Shown here in pieces: positions 7,224 through 15,037 of a DNA stretch of 32,000 nt. The position numbers and the translations under genes were made by a program. The stretch is from a virus. The notes under the pieces are model-generated. The model saw only the letters and a program-made list of their open reading frames with translations, had not been told where the DNA came from and ran no database searches. Position 1 is the first letter of the stretch, and every line of letters starts with the position of its first letter. The stretch lies in the IMG/VR virus record IMGVR_UViG_3300045988_146550, positions 1,207 through 33,206 of that record. One strand, given 5' to 3'.

Positions 7224-7698
7224 TTTGATTTCCCTTATATGGATTAGGCAGTGGCATCCACGCTAAACCATCTAATTCATTACCACTTTCCAGTTCATAA
7301 ATACCGCAATCTGGCGAATCCCATGAATCAATCCAAATACTTTCATCATCATACATACATTCTGCATCAGATACGAGTATACGCTCACCAATATCAGGCA
7401 ACTCACAATTAAGTACACCTTCTTCATCAAAAGTGAACGGAATCCATTTACTTGTTGTGCATTCTTGCTTGCTCCATTTAAGATGGCCTAAAAACTCTTT
7501 CATCATACTAACCTTTTGCTCAGTATCATTGATTTCTTTCGTTAAACTACTAAGATAATCTTTCTTCTCTGCATAATAGTGAAGTTCGTCTTGCTCGGCT
7601 TTAATTAAAGCTCTGATATCTTCTTTTAGACGTTCGCTTGCACCATTAAGTTGACTTTGATACATCTCAATTAATGTATCAATTCTTTCTTCAATCAT
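7207..7698 (-). CDS. DUF551-like phage protein with an N-terminal coiled coil
   Basis: C-terminal half has KWIPFT...LPDIGERILVSD ... LAWMPLPNPYKG, the typical DUF551 look (W...LP...VLV...WMPLPxP). Confidence 0.55.
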   Translation of the reverse strand: MIEERIDTLIEMYQSQLNGASERLKEDIRALIKAEQDELHYYAEKKDYLSSLTKEINDTEQKVSMMKEFLGHLKWSKQECTTSKWIPFTFDEEGVLNCELPDIGERILVSDAECMYDDESIWIDSWDSPDCGIYELESGNELDGLAWMPLPNPYKGNQNENNC

Positions 7699-7711
7699 TT
7701 TGATTCTCCTT

Positions 7712-8011
7712 TTAACTCATTAATTTATTTTTGTAACGATTATCCAATTCTTCCATAACATGCTTTCCACCATATAGTTTCGATGCGTAAACAATGTAGT
7801 CTAATTCATCTAGCATACTGTTCATCAAGTCTTTATTGGTACAGACAAATTTAATATTCTTTTGCAAAGATAAATAAATTTGCTCAATTTGTTTATCGAT
7901 TTCAGAAGCACTGCTTTTATCTAATCTGATAAAAGTATTTATTTTTATAGCATCTTCTCTTTGCTTTTTTCTTTCCTTTTCTAAGTTTTTTTTCAATTCT
8001 TTATTATTCAT
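7712..8011 (-). CDS. Hypothetical coiled-coil protein (99 aa)
   Basis: Start placed at the ATG at 8011 (MNNKELKK...). The longer track ORF would overlap the HNH gene by 59 nt. Confidence 0.55.
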   Translation of the reverse strand: MNNKELKKNLEKERKKQREDAIKINTFIRLDKSSASEIDKQIEQIYLSLQKNIKFVCTNKDLMNSMLDELDYIVYASKLYGGKHVMEELDNRYKNKLMS

Positions 8012-8357
8012 TTTCTTTCTCCTTTTCAAAATAAAATTTGATTTTCTTCTTATGCTCTTCAATCAATCCGTATTTCAATGCCAAACGATATATAAACGTT
8101 TTTTGCAATCTCTCATGCAATGTTTCTAAATTTTTTCTAAAATCATCTAAAGAATATGTACTTTTATAAAAGTTGCACATCCTACACGTTGGCATAAGGT
8201 TGTCTAAATCGTTACTACCATCCTTTCCGTATACAGATATTACATGATCTACTTGCATATCTTTGTAATCTAATTCACACCCACAATATGCACAATGACC
8301 GTTGTATTTTTTGTATACCTGTTCACGAATCTTTTTTTGTATTGGTTTTCTTAACAT
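8004..8357 (-). CDS. HNH endonuclease
   Basis: Contains CAYCGCEL...DMQVDHVISVYGKDGSNDLDNLMPTCRMCNFYK (CxxC, H-N-H, CxxC). SD GAGGA. Confidence 0.8.
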   Translation of the reverse strand: MLRKPIQKKIREQVYKKYNGHCAYCGCELDYKDMQVDHVISVYGKDGSNDLDNLMPTCRMCNFYKSTYSLDDFRKNLETLHERLQKTFIYRLALKYGLIEEHKKKIKFYFEKEKENE

Positions 8358-8358
8358 T

Positions 8359-8496
8359 TTATTCCTCGCTTTTATCGCTTTTATAAGTGCCTGTTAGCAA
8401 TAATAGCAATAAGAACCAATAACTGTAATTTGCACACATATAGCAGGTGATTCCAATTATTGCCAAATTGTATAACATACAAGCTATTTCAACCAT
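8359..8496 (-). CDS. Small hydrophobic protein (45 aa), not in track
   Basis: Strong SD GGAGGAT lies 4 nt before the ATG at 8496 (9 nt counted from the GGAGG core). Sequence MVEIACMLYNLAIIGITCYMCANYSYWFLLLLLLTGTYKSDKSEE. Fills the gap between flanking genes exactly. Confidence 0.5.
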   Translation of the reverse strand: MVEIACMLYNLAIIGITCYMCANYSYWFLLLLLLTGTYKSDKSEE

Positions 8497-8498
8497 TT

Positions 8499-8954
8499 CT
8501 ATCCTCCTACATTTGGGCAAATGCAATCCCAGTTATAATCATCGAATGTAACTTCTTCATCTTTGGTGATTTCTCCATCAATAATTTCAATGATTTGGTT
8601 AAAGCACATTCCACATTCAAATGCATGAATTCTCATATCAACTCCATATTGCTTACAAGAATTTAATAGTTCTTCCAAACTAATACCCCATGCGAATTCT
8701 GCTTCAAGTCCAATTGCAATTTTTCCTTCATCGTTCCAATCATAAATAAATTCATCTAAGTCAAGAATAAATCCTCTGCGAGTTCCTTTAATCCAGCATC
8801 TGCTACATTTAACACGACCATTATCATCATCCATCTTCAACGCTTCTAAATCTTCGCCGATATAAGTAACCGGTTGTAATCCTTCTAAAACAAATTTTGT
8901 TAAATTCTCTTTTGTACCTCTTACTCTTAAAGTTCCTACACACCAATTAGGCAT
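8499..8954 (-). CDS. Api92-like ferredoxin-fold (DUF1281-like) protein
   Basis: The N-terminus MPNWCVGTLRVRGTKENLTKF matches the MPNWC.N.L.v.G signature I associate with this family. By eye only. Confidence 0.4.
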   Translation of the reverse strand: MPNWCVGTLRVRGTKENLTKFVLEGLQPVTYIGEDLEALKMDDDNGRVKCSRCWIKGTRRGFILDLDEFIYDWNDEGKIAIGLEAEFAWGISLEELLNSCKQYGVDMRIHAFECGMCFNQIIEIIDGEITKDEEVTFDDYNWDCICPNVGG

Positions 8955-8971
8955 ATATAGTTAGCTCCTTT

Positions 8972-9262
8972 CTAGATTTTAACATCCTCATCTTGTGGCA
9001 TTTGATAAACTTGAACACCTTTAACAAATACGTAAGTACCATGACCAATATTATCTATCCTGTAATAGCCCGTATCTTCAATAGCATCTTGAATTTCATC
9101 TAATACCTTTAAAGCTTTTTCTTCGGTTGAATAGACACCTAATATGTCGATTCCTCTTTCTGAATATCCGTGTATGTAATATTCACTTTCATCTTTAGTG
9201 TTGTTAATTACTACTTGATTTACATTTAACAACACTTTTTTACTTTGACTTCTAATCCACAT
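8972..9262 (-). CDS. Hypothetical protein (96 aa)
   Basis: ORF in the operon. Confidence 0.6.
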   Translation of the reverse strand: MWIRSQSKKVLLNVNQVVINNTKDESEYYIHGYSERGIDILGVYSTEEKALKVLDEIQDAIEDTGYYRIDNIGHGTYVFVKGVQVYQMPQDEDVKI

Positions 9263-9265
9263 ATC

Positions 9266-9763
9266 CTAGTACCCGTTTGCTAACCTTTCTTTGTTAATTT
9301 CATTCTTACGAATATATTCTTTATAAATTTCTTCTAATGAAAATCCCATGTGCAATCCAAGTGCGATTACGTAAGCTAATACATCATCATCTTCTACACT
9401 ACCAAGTACACGACTATACACATAAGCTTTTCCAAGCTCTGAATCAAACTTTAGTGTCCTACAGTTATATTCAATGTCCTCATTTTGATAACGACAATCA
9501 CCATAAGTAATTTCGAACATTAACGCAAAATGAAGTGCATCTACATATTCTTCAAATACTTTAGCTACGTCTACAGGCTCTTGTGTAAATTTCCACCAGC
9601 ACCAATCTCCTTTTTGGGCATGCATCAATTCGCCTAATTCATCAAATAATGCACTTTCTAATTGTTGTCTAGAAACACTTGTAACATTGTGTTTCTTAAA
9701 CACTTCTGCATCATATTTCTTTTGTCTTTCCAACATATCTTCAATCATTTCTGTACTTGTCAT
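9266..9763 (-). CDS. dut: Dimeric (all-alpha, MazG-like) dUTPase
   Basis: Contains LERQKKYD..., ALFDELGELMHA...WKF, EEYVDALHFAL and a C-terminal YIRKNEINKERLANGY. Same layout as the dimeric dUTPases of staphylococcal phages (dUTPase_2-type). Confidence 0.65.
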   Translation of the reverse strand: MTSTEMIEDMLERQKKYDAEVFKKHNVTSVSRQQLESALFDELGELMHAQKGDWCWWKFTQEPVDVAKVFEEYVDALHFALMFEITYGDCRYQNEDIEYNCRTLKFDSELGKAYVYSRVLGSVEDDDVLAYVIALGLHMGFSLEEIYKEYIRKNEINKERLANGY

Positions 9764-9775
9764 TTCCTTCTCCTT

Positions 9776-10072
9776 TTATTCATCAATAAAATTTATGATA
9801 TACGTTAATTCTTTCATTGTTTTTATCGCTTCCTTTTTTGCAAATTGTAATGCTGCCCTTTTTGCTTCTTCGAAACTTTTAAACGAATCAAAAGGGCCTT
9901 CCATTTCTCCAAAATGCAATGTGCAATATACATAAAATGATTTTGGCTCACTCTTGTCCTTCTGGTACTCTACAATTATTACAATCGCTCTTCTTACATC
10001 ATCGTCATCAATCAATACGAGTTGTGTTTCTTTTTGCCATCCAAAGCTATATTTTTTCCATTCTAGTTTCAT
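9776..10072 (-). CDS. Hypothetical protein (98 aa)
   Basis: ORF in the operon. Confidence 0.6.
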   Translation of the reverse strand: MKLEWKKYSFGWQKETQLVLIDDDDVRRAIVIIVEYQKDKSEPKSFYVYCTLHFGEMEGPFDSFKSFEEAKRAALQFAKKEAIKTMKELTYIINFIDE

Positions 10073-10206
10073 ATTTACCTCACATTTTTAAAACAATCTA
10101 TTTTCCTTGCTACTTGAATCTGTTTGATTCATCTTCAATAAGAATGCAACCATTGTATTCTTTACCTTGCATTACAAACCTTTTAAACTAGCAAAATGTT
10201 AATCCA

Positions 10207-10647
10207 TTAGGATCTTTCACCTGTTATTAAATATTCATTTAATTTTCTATAAATGTTTTTTTCGTTGCTTTCAAACGCAACATTACTTGCTAAATTACAC
10301 GCCTTTCTTAAATAATCTAATTCTTCATCCGTCATAACATATCCTTTAACAGATACCTTACAAACAAGATTTCTATTTTCTTTGACAACAGTTTCCGACT
10401 TACTTTCTGTGCGCTTTTTATTAATTTTATTTCTTACAGGATAAAGGCCTGTTAAAAGTCCATATAAGAGCACTATACAAATTGGTCCTTCATAATTTTG
10501 TCCATCAAGAAACATCGAGCGAAGTTCTAAATCTTCGTTAAAATACAAAGGGCTATAATTCTCAAGTTTTCCTTCTGCCATAAAAACGTCATATGGTTCT
10601 AAGCCATTATCTTCCATGAACTTTTCAATTACTTTCGATTCAATCAT
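10207..10647 (-). CDS. Hypothetical protein (146 aa)
   Basis: ORF in the operon. The upstream gene's stop overlaps its start. Confidence 0.6.
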   Translation of the reverse strand: MIESKVIEKFMEDNGLEPYDVFMAEGKLENYSPLYFNEDLELRSMFLDGQNYEGPICIVLLYGLLTGLYPVRNKINKKRTESKSETVVKENRNLVCKVSVKGYVMTDEELDYLRKACNLASNVAFESNEKNIYRKLNEYLITGERS

Positions 10648-10850
10648 TCTATTTCCTCCAGTTCTATTTCTTCACATATTTTTACGATTATAAATCCATT
10701 CCTTGAATGTTTAATTTTTCCACATTTTTGTTTGCAGCACATCGATCTAAAACAATTAAGTGTTGTTTCTAGAAAAGATGCGCATTCATTCTCAGTGCCA
10801 ATGCACACTGGAAGGTCATCTTTATAAATTCCGTATATTTTTCGTGCCAT
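10644..10850 (-). CDS. Small Cys-rich hypothetical protein (68 aa)
   Basis: ORF abutting the upstream gene, with its stop overlapping the downstream start. Contains several Cys (CIGTENEC...CFRSMCCKQKCG). Confidence 0.55.
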   Translation of the reverse strand: MARKIYGIYKDDLPVCIGTENECASFLETTLNCFRSMCCKQKCGKIKHSRNGFIIVKICEEIELEEIE

Positions 10851-11641
10851 CAGTTCAACCTGTAATTCTTTCCGGGCTCTTTCTCGATTTCAAAGAAGAA
10901 ACCATTGCACTTTTCAACAATTCGTCCAACTACCGCTTCATTTATATCAATCATTTCCTGGCTTGTTCTTTCGCAAGATATGATCGTCTGCATGTTGTTG
11001 TTATAGCGATAATCAATCAAATCAAAGATTGCTTTATCATCCAATCGATTGGCGCTAGATTTGAATAAATCATCTAGATACAAGATTTGAGCGTGTTTAG
11101 CACGTTCTAGAAGCGAATAATCAAAATTGCTAATGGAATTACTCAACTCGATGTATCTGACGTACAGAACACGTTTATTTTGTTCTAACAACCAATTACT
11201 GATTCCTGAACATAGATGTGTTTTACCACATCCGCTCTGTCCTAAAAACATCAACCAATTGCAAGGAGTATGTTCTGCAAAATTGTTTTTACAATCCTGA
11301 ATATAATTCACTGCCATTTTTTTGATTGCTTCCTGCCAAGGATCAGATGCATCGAAGCTATTGATTCGTTTATTCAACAAATCTTTTAAACCACTGTTCT
11401 TTTTGTTCTTCTCAATCCACTCACTGCGATAGCTTGATAGCTTCTCACAGTCATTTCTTTTTGAACAAAATACCTTTGTTGCAGCCACCAGGTATTTCCC
11501 GTCATAATACGCTGGCTTTTCCCAAATACCACATGCACCGGCTGCCATGCATTTATCACAATCACTTTGGCAATGTTTGCTTTTAAGATATTTCTTATTT
11601 TCTTCATTTTGTTTTTGGATTATTTCACTAACTGGCTGCAT
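10850..11641 (-). CDS. DnaC/DnaI-type helicase loader (AAA+ ATPase) with a Cys-rich N-terminal domain
   Basis: Walker A GQSGCGKTHL and Walker B ILYLDDL. N-terminus has C24-x3-C-x2-C-x5-C ... C59-x5-C65, in line with the Zn-binding N-domain of DnaI-type loaders. Follows the initiator gene directly. Confidence 0.75.
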   Translation of the reverse strand: MQPVSEIIQKQNEENKKYLKSKHCQSDCDKCMAAGACGIWEKPAYYDGKYLVAATKVFCSKRNDCEKLSSYRSEWIEKNKKNSGLKDLLNKRINSFDASDPWQEAIKKMAVNYIQDCKNNFAEHTPCNWLMFLGQSGCGKTHLCSGISNWLLEQNKRVLYVRYIELSNSISNFDYSLLERAKHAQILYLDDLFKSSANRLDDKAIFDLIDYRYNNNMQTIISCERTSQEMIDINEAVVGRIVEKCNGFFFEIEKEPGKNYRLN

Positions 11642-12444
11642 TACATCTTCATTCCTTTCGTGATCACAAAATTATTTGTTTTTTGTTTAGGTGCTACACT
11701 GTTCAGATAAATTTCAAACTTAGATCCAAACAACGTATCCGGTCTTAGATACTTATTCATCTCTGTATCGTTTAACCATTCATGCGCTTTCACATCAATC
11801 ACAAGCTTAAAGTCTTCCAAGCTAAAGCCTTCATTCCATCTAGCCCGAATCTTCTCTCTAGCAATGCGATTACTGTGTTTGTAACGCTTTGAACATTTAG
11901 AATTCAAGTAGTCAATAATTTCAACATAAGGGATTGTTTCTGATGCTGATAAATCAGTGTCGTCGGAACTTTCTTTTATATTTCTTTTATTATTAACTGT
12001 GTATATAAATGTTTTATTAACTGTCTTACATTGGACAGATTTGTCTTTTGTACATTGGACAGATTTGTCTTTTGTACATTGGACAGATTCGGTAAATGCA
12101 TTGGGCAAATTTGACCAATCGATAGATAAAGCATTTTTTAACTTTTCACCCATATTTCCAAATGCATACCAGCTTGTTTGATTCCAAGGATTTTCATTGT
12201 AATTTCCTTTGATAATCAAATCTTCATCAACCATTTTTTGAAGTATTCTTTGTATCTTTTTTTCACTCCAGTATGGAAATAATTTTTTAAATCCTTTTGC
12301 AGAATTAAACGTCCAATATTTTCCATCATGATAGTTGTAATTATTTGCTTCATTTTTGTTGATCCAAAAACAAAACATATCAAATACAACAGCAACTTCA
12401 ATGCCGTATTTGTCGGCAATTGCAATTTCAAAACTGTGTTTCAT
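11641..12444 (-). CDS. Replication initiator / replisome organiser (DnaD-like N-terminus, conserved phage C-terminal domain)
   Basis: C-terminal IIDYLNSKCSKRYKHSNRIAREKIRARWNEGFSLEDFKLVIDVKAHEW...YLRPDTLFG is the Phg_2220_C-type motif of phage DnaD-domain proteins. Carries internal iterons. Confidence 0.75.
   Translation of the reverse strand: MKHSFEIAIADKYGIEVAVVFDMFCFWINKNEANNYNYHDGKYWTFNSAKGFKKLFPYWSEKKIQRILQKMVDEDLIIKGNYNENPWNQTSWYAFGNMGEKLKNALSIDWSNLPNAFTESVQCTKDKSVQCTKDKSVQCKTVNKTFIYTVNNKRNIKESSDDTDLSASETIPYVEIIDYLNSKCSKRYKHSNRIAREKIRARWNEGFSLEDFKLVIDVKAHEWLNDTEMNKYLRPDTLFGSKFEIYLNSVAPKQKTNNFVITKGMKM
11991..12113. repeat. Putative origin of replication: 24-bp iterons inside the initiator gene
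   Basis: CATTGGACAGATTTGTCTTTTGTA at 12029-12052 and 12053-12076 (identical). Partial copy at 12077-12089 and a degenerate copy at 12099-12113. TATTAACTGT occurs at 11991-12000 and 12015-12024, also 24 bp apart, flanking an AT-rich stretch. Confidence 0.65.
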
Positions 12445-12453
12445 TTCTTATCC

Positions 12454-12717
12454 TCAAAATAAAGACATCGTCTCTATTTTCTTTCTATTCCTTGTATTAC
12501 TTTTAGGTAGAATCACAAGCTCATAAAGCCTTCCATCTACCTGATAAAAACGATATGCTGCACCCATACAAGAAACATTTTTTCTTTGTACGAGAGCAGC
12601 TGTTATTCCATATTCTTCAAACATATAAGCTGCATCAGGAACTACTTGTAGAACCTCATATGATGCATTTTGAACCTGGATAACATCACCTGTATTAACA
12701 TTAGTAGCTTCTTTCAT
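12454..12717 (-). CDS. Hypothetical protein (87 aa)
   Basis: ATG preceded by GGGAGAAACAA. Confidence 0.6.
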   Translation of the reverse strand: MKEATNVNTGDVIQVQNASYEVLQVVPDAAYMFEEYGITAALVQRKNVSCMGAAYRFYQVDGRLYELVILPKSNTRNRKKIETMSLF

Positions 12718-12763
12718 TTGTTTCTCCCGTCTTGTATAATTACCTCGAAAAGAGGTAACTAAA

Positions 12764-13192
12764 ATGTTAAATATTGATCCAAATTATATTCTTGCCCTTA
12801 TTACTTTTGTAGCACTTATTTCTCCGTCTATTGCAAATTATATAAACTGCAAATACAACACTAAAATACGTAAATTTGAAATACTAGAAGACAGAAATTA
12901 TCAGTTGTCAATTTTCAAAAGAGATATTTATTTAAATTATCTTGAATGTGCATCTTACATTATTGTTTCTAAAACAATGAATATACAAAGCGAGCAACAA
13001 TATAAAACATATTTTTTAAAAGCTTTATCTATTTCAGATAATCAAATCACTGAATATTTAATCAGGATTAATGATTTAATTACTGATAAAAAATACAAAG
13101 ATGCATTTGCGTTGCTTCAAGAGCTATCTCCATTAATCCACAATCTAATTGAATTCGATATCTCTTTACACGAGCAAAAGACTGACAAGTAA
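12764..13192 (+). CDS. Membrane-anchored hypothetical protein (142 aa), an opposite-strand moron inside the early operon
   Basis: Own perfect -10 (TATAAT 12735-12740) and SD AGAGGT. N-terminal TM helix ILALITFVALISPSIANYI. No domain recognised. Confidence 0.6.
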   Translation: MLNIDPNYILALITFVALISPSIANYINCKYNTKIRKFEILEDRNYQLSIFKRDIYLNYLECASYIIVSKTMNIQSEQQYKTYFLKALSISDNQITEYLIRINDLITDKKYKDAFALLQELSPLIHNLIEFDISLHEQKTDK

Positions 13193-13315
13193 TACAATCA
13201 CTATTTCATAGATCCAATAAAGAACCACTCCTGGAAAATCCCATACAAAACAATTAACAACCGCTAAAATAAGGGCCATAATAATTATTACCGCCATTGT
13301 TGTTGTTGCTGTCAT
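13166..13315 (-). CDS. Possible small hydrophobic peptide (49 aa), not in track
   Basis: ATG at 13315 lies 5 nt after the recombinase stop. Sequence MTATTTMAVIIIMALILAVVNCFVWDFPGVVLYWIYEIVIVLLVSLLLV has two hydrophobic segments. The 3' end overlaps the convergent plus-strand ORF by 27 nt. The SD is weak. Confidence 0.3.
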   Translation of the reverse strand: MTATTTMAVIIIMALILAVVNCFVWDFPGVVLYWIYEIVIVLLVSLLLV

Positions 13316-13320
13316 ATTAC

Positions 13321-14220
13321 CTACTTTCTTTTCGCATAACTCAATGATTCAAGATTCTGCTTTTTCATTTTCCTTGTTGTACGAACATAGATTCTTGTAG
13401 TTTCTAAACTAGAATGTCCCAAAATGTCAGCCAATTCAGCAATGGCATTTTCACCATTCTGCATCAAATACTGAATTGCAAACAAATGTCTGAATGCATG
13501 AGGATGTACTTTACCAAGCTTAATCCCTCTGCATTTACCAGCAATCATCTTTAAGTCTCTAGATAACACACGAGCGTTTACAGGGCTTTTCTTATCAGAA
13601 GATGTAAATATATACCCTTCTTCAATTTTGTTGTCCTTGCAGTATTTAAGGAGTTCTCGTCGCAAGTCTGAACGTAGGATGATTCCTCTACCTTTTCCTT
13701 TGTTCATAACATACACATTATCATCCGTTACTGCTTCTACAGTGAAGAACTGTAGTTCACTCAAACGAATGCCCGTATACCCAAATACCTTCATGATCTC
13801 GTATAAGTCCATACGATTGATTTCTCGGGCTTTTTTCAATAGTCTTTGAAATTCATTAGGTTCTAGAATATCATCCAAAGAATCGTCTTTCTGGACTCTT
13901 ACGTTCTTCAATAAATTCTTTGAATAATATTTTTTAAGTTTCAGGAAATTGAAATCATCATCTGAATCTATGATTTCTGCATATTTAATAAATTTATTAA
14001 TTATCACAATATAGTTGTTTACTGTACTGATTTTATAATCATGCAGCAGTTTATCTTTAACACCAACTATATCGGACTTTTGTATTTCACCATCAGGCAA
14101 TGAGTCAACAAACAAAGTAGCAACATGCTTGTATTTACGAATGGTATTCTTACTTTTCTCATCCGCTGTTTCTTCTTCAATAAACCCGTCAATTTTTGTT
14201 TGTAACTCATCCTTAGTCAT
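13321..14220 (-). CDS. Tyrosine recombinase, XerC/XerD-like (299 aa)
   Basis: Catalytic signature present: TGIRLSEL (R), HPHAFRHLFA (H-x-x-R), LGHSSLETTRIYV (H...Y). N-terminal SAM-like domain and no arm-binding domain. Confidence 0.85.
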   Translation of the reverse strand: MTKDELQTKIDGFIEEETADEKSKNTIRKYKHVATLFVDSLPDGEIQKSDIVGVKDKLLHDYKISTVNNYIVIINKFIKYAEIIDSDDDFNFLKLKKYYSKNLLKNVRVQKDDSLDDILEPNEFQRLLKKAREINRMDLYEIMKVFGYTGIRLSELQFFTVEAVTDDNVYVMNKGKGRGIILRSDLRRELLKYCKDNKIEEGYIFTSSDKKSPVNARVLSRDLKMIAGKCRGIKLGKVHPHAFRHLFAIQYLMQNGENAIAELADILGHSSLETTRIYVRTTRKMKKQNLESLSYAKRK

Positions 14221-14221
14221 A

Positions 14222-14437
14222 TTACTTAACTACCTGGATGATTGTTGTAACCAAGATCTTAGTAGACAAGAACACACATACATTCAATGCAAGTAAAGCG
14301 ATATTAACAATCGTACACGCAACTACATAATTTCTTGGATTAGTTTTCTTGATGAGAAATTTGTCATCTACCTTATTAATCTCATAATTATCGAAATCGG
14401 GAATCACCCAATTTTCTTTTTCTTCTTTTTTTGCCAT
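14222..14437 (-). CDS. Small tail-anchored membrane protein (71 aa)
   Basis: Start moved to the ATG at 14437, 8 nt after AAGGAG. C-terminal TM helix VVACTIVNIALLALNVCVFL. Confidence 0.55.
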   Translation of the reverse strand: MAKKEEKENWVIPDFDNYEINKVDDKFLIKKTNPRNYVVACTIVNIALLALNVCVFLSTKILVTTIIQVVK

Positions 14438-14503
14438 TTTCATTACTCCTTTAATTTTCTGTGATATAATAATGATGTGGTTAATTTATGCAGGGCTGCT
14501 GCC

Positions 14504-14764
14504 CTAGCACTCTTGTCCAAGAGTGCTTTTTATTTGTTCCTTCCAAATGTCATTAAGCGCACTTTTAGTCTCAGGAAAATACTCAACAAATATTGGAGTG
14601 GGAACTGCAAGAATCTTTCCAAGCATAGTGTCTCGATATGATCCTTCAAATATTTCACCCTTTTTATTTTTTTGTCTGCGTAGATTATGTAAAATCTTTC
14701 TAGCCTGTGTATCTTTTACAGGTAAAACAAGCATCACATCTCTAACAGTCACATATGCTTTCAT
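14504..14764 (-). CDS. Excisionase/Cro-like HTH DNA-binding protein (86 aa)
   Basis: Start at the ATG at 14764 (MKAYVTVRDVMLVLPVKDTQARKILHNLRRQ...), coupled by ATGA to the upstream small ORF. The N-terminus resembles MerR/excisionase-type HTH proteins. Tentative. Confidence 0.4.
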   Translation of the reverse strand: MKAYVTVRDVMLVLPVKDTQARKILHNLRRQKNKKGEIFEGSYRDTMLGKILAVPTPIFVEYFPETKSALNDIWKEQIKSTLGQEC

Positions 14765-14910
14765 TTTTCTTCGTTCTCCTTTCCTTCTGAATCTTGAATT
14801 TTGCTTCGATCTAAAATACACGCGATATATCCTTGGTCATACTCTTCGATGTCATAACCCATCTTCTCAAGCTTTTCCAAGGCTTCTTTGACATTTTCAT
14901 CAGCTGACAT
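14761..14910 (-). CDS. Small acidic protein (49 aa), first gene of the rightward (lytic) operon, not in track
   Basis: GGAGGATGTG precedes the ATG at 14910. Sequence MSADENVKEALEKLEKMGYDIEEYDQGYIACILDRSKIQDSEGKENEEK. The stop overlaps the next start (ATGA). No HTH evident. Confidence 0.5.
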   Translation of the reverse strand: MSADENVKEALEKLEKMGYDIEEYDQGYIACILDRSKIQDSEGKENEEK

Positions 14911-14926
14911 CACATCCTCCTTACTC

Positions 14927-14992
14927 GTGTCTTACATACACATTATAGTGGCTTATAGCCACGTTGTAAAGTTTTTTGTGTCTTAAGTTTAC
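14927..14992. promoter_or_regulatory. Three 15-bp operator-like sites of the lysis/lysogeny switch
   Basis: GTGGCTTATAGCCAC (14948-14962) has perfect 6-bp inverted arms. GTGTCTTACATACAC (14927-14941) matches it at 11/15 positions and GTGTCTTAAGTTTAC (14978-14992) at 9/15. Site starts are 21 and 30 bp apart. Confidence 0.55.
14942..14970 (-). promoter_or_regulatory. Lytic (early) promoter TTTACA-N17-TATAAT
   Basis: On the minus strand, -35 is at 14970-14965 and -10 at 14947-14942. The perfect palindrome fills the spacer. Confidence 0.6.
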
Positions 14993-15016
14993 TTTTTATT
15001 TTTGCATTGCTATAAT
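14988..15016 (+). promoter_or_regulatory. Repressor promoter with extended -10 (TTTACT-N17 incl. TG-c-TATAAT)
   Basis: TATAAT at 15011-15016 is preceded by TGc (15008-15010). The -35-like TTTACT at 14988-14993 overlaps the third operator-like site. Confidence 0.55.
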
Positions 15017-15037
15017 ACATTTAAAGAGGTGGATTGA

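Noticed and set aside
10644-10850. KIYGIYKDDLPVCIGTENE read as a GIY-YIG nuclease motif.
   Set aside because: The spacing (GIY-x6-CIG) is shorter than the canonical GIY-x9-11-YIG. The 68-aa protein is too small for the domain, and the downstream conserved Arg/Glu/Asn positions are not evident.
11447-11572. C-x3-C-x2-C in the loader N-terminus read as a radical-SAM cluster motif.
   Set aside because: The protein is a 263-aa AAA+ loader with no room for a radical-SAM barrel. A Zn-binding N-domain as in DnaI-type loaders is the simpler explanation.
11386-11607. Same-strand alternative-frame ORFs inside the DnaC-like gene (11386-11607) and the DnaD-like gene (12216-12431).
   Set aside because: They lie entirely within genes whose main frames carry clear domain signatures. 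They have no SD and no recognisable features. Overlapping-gene status cannot be supported from the sequence alone.
12029-12113. Tandem 24-bp repeats considered as a possible mini CRISPR array.
   Set aside because: There are only 2.5 contiguous identical units with no spacers between them. They lie inside the replication-initiator ORF, and there are no cas genes. Iterons explain them better.
12740-12758. Hairpin TTACCTC-gaaaa-GAGGTAA considered as an RBS-sequestering structure for the plus-strand moron.
   Set aside because: The predicted -10 (12735-12740) would place the transcription start inside or after the left arm, so that arm would not be in the mRNA. It may instead act on minus-strand read-through transcripts, but it has no T-tail.
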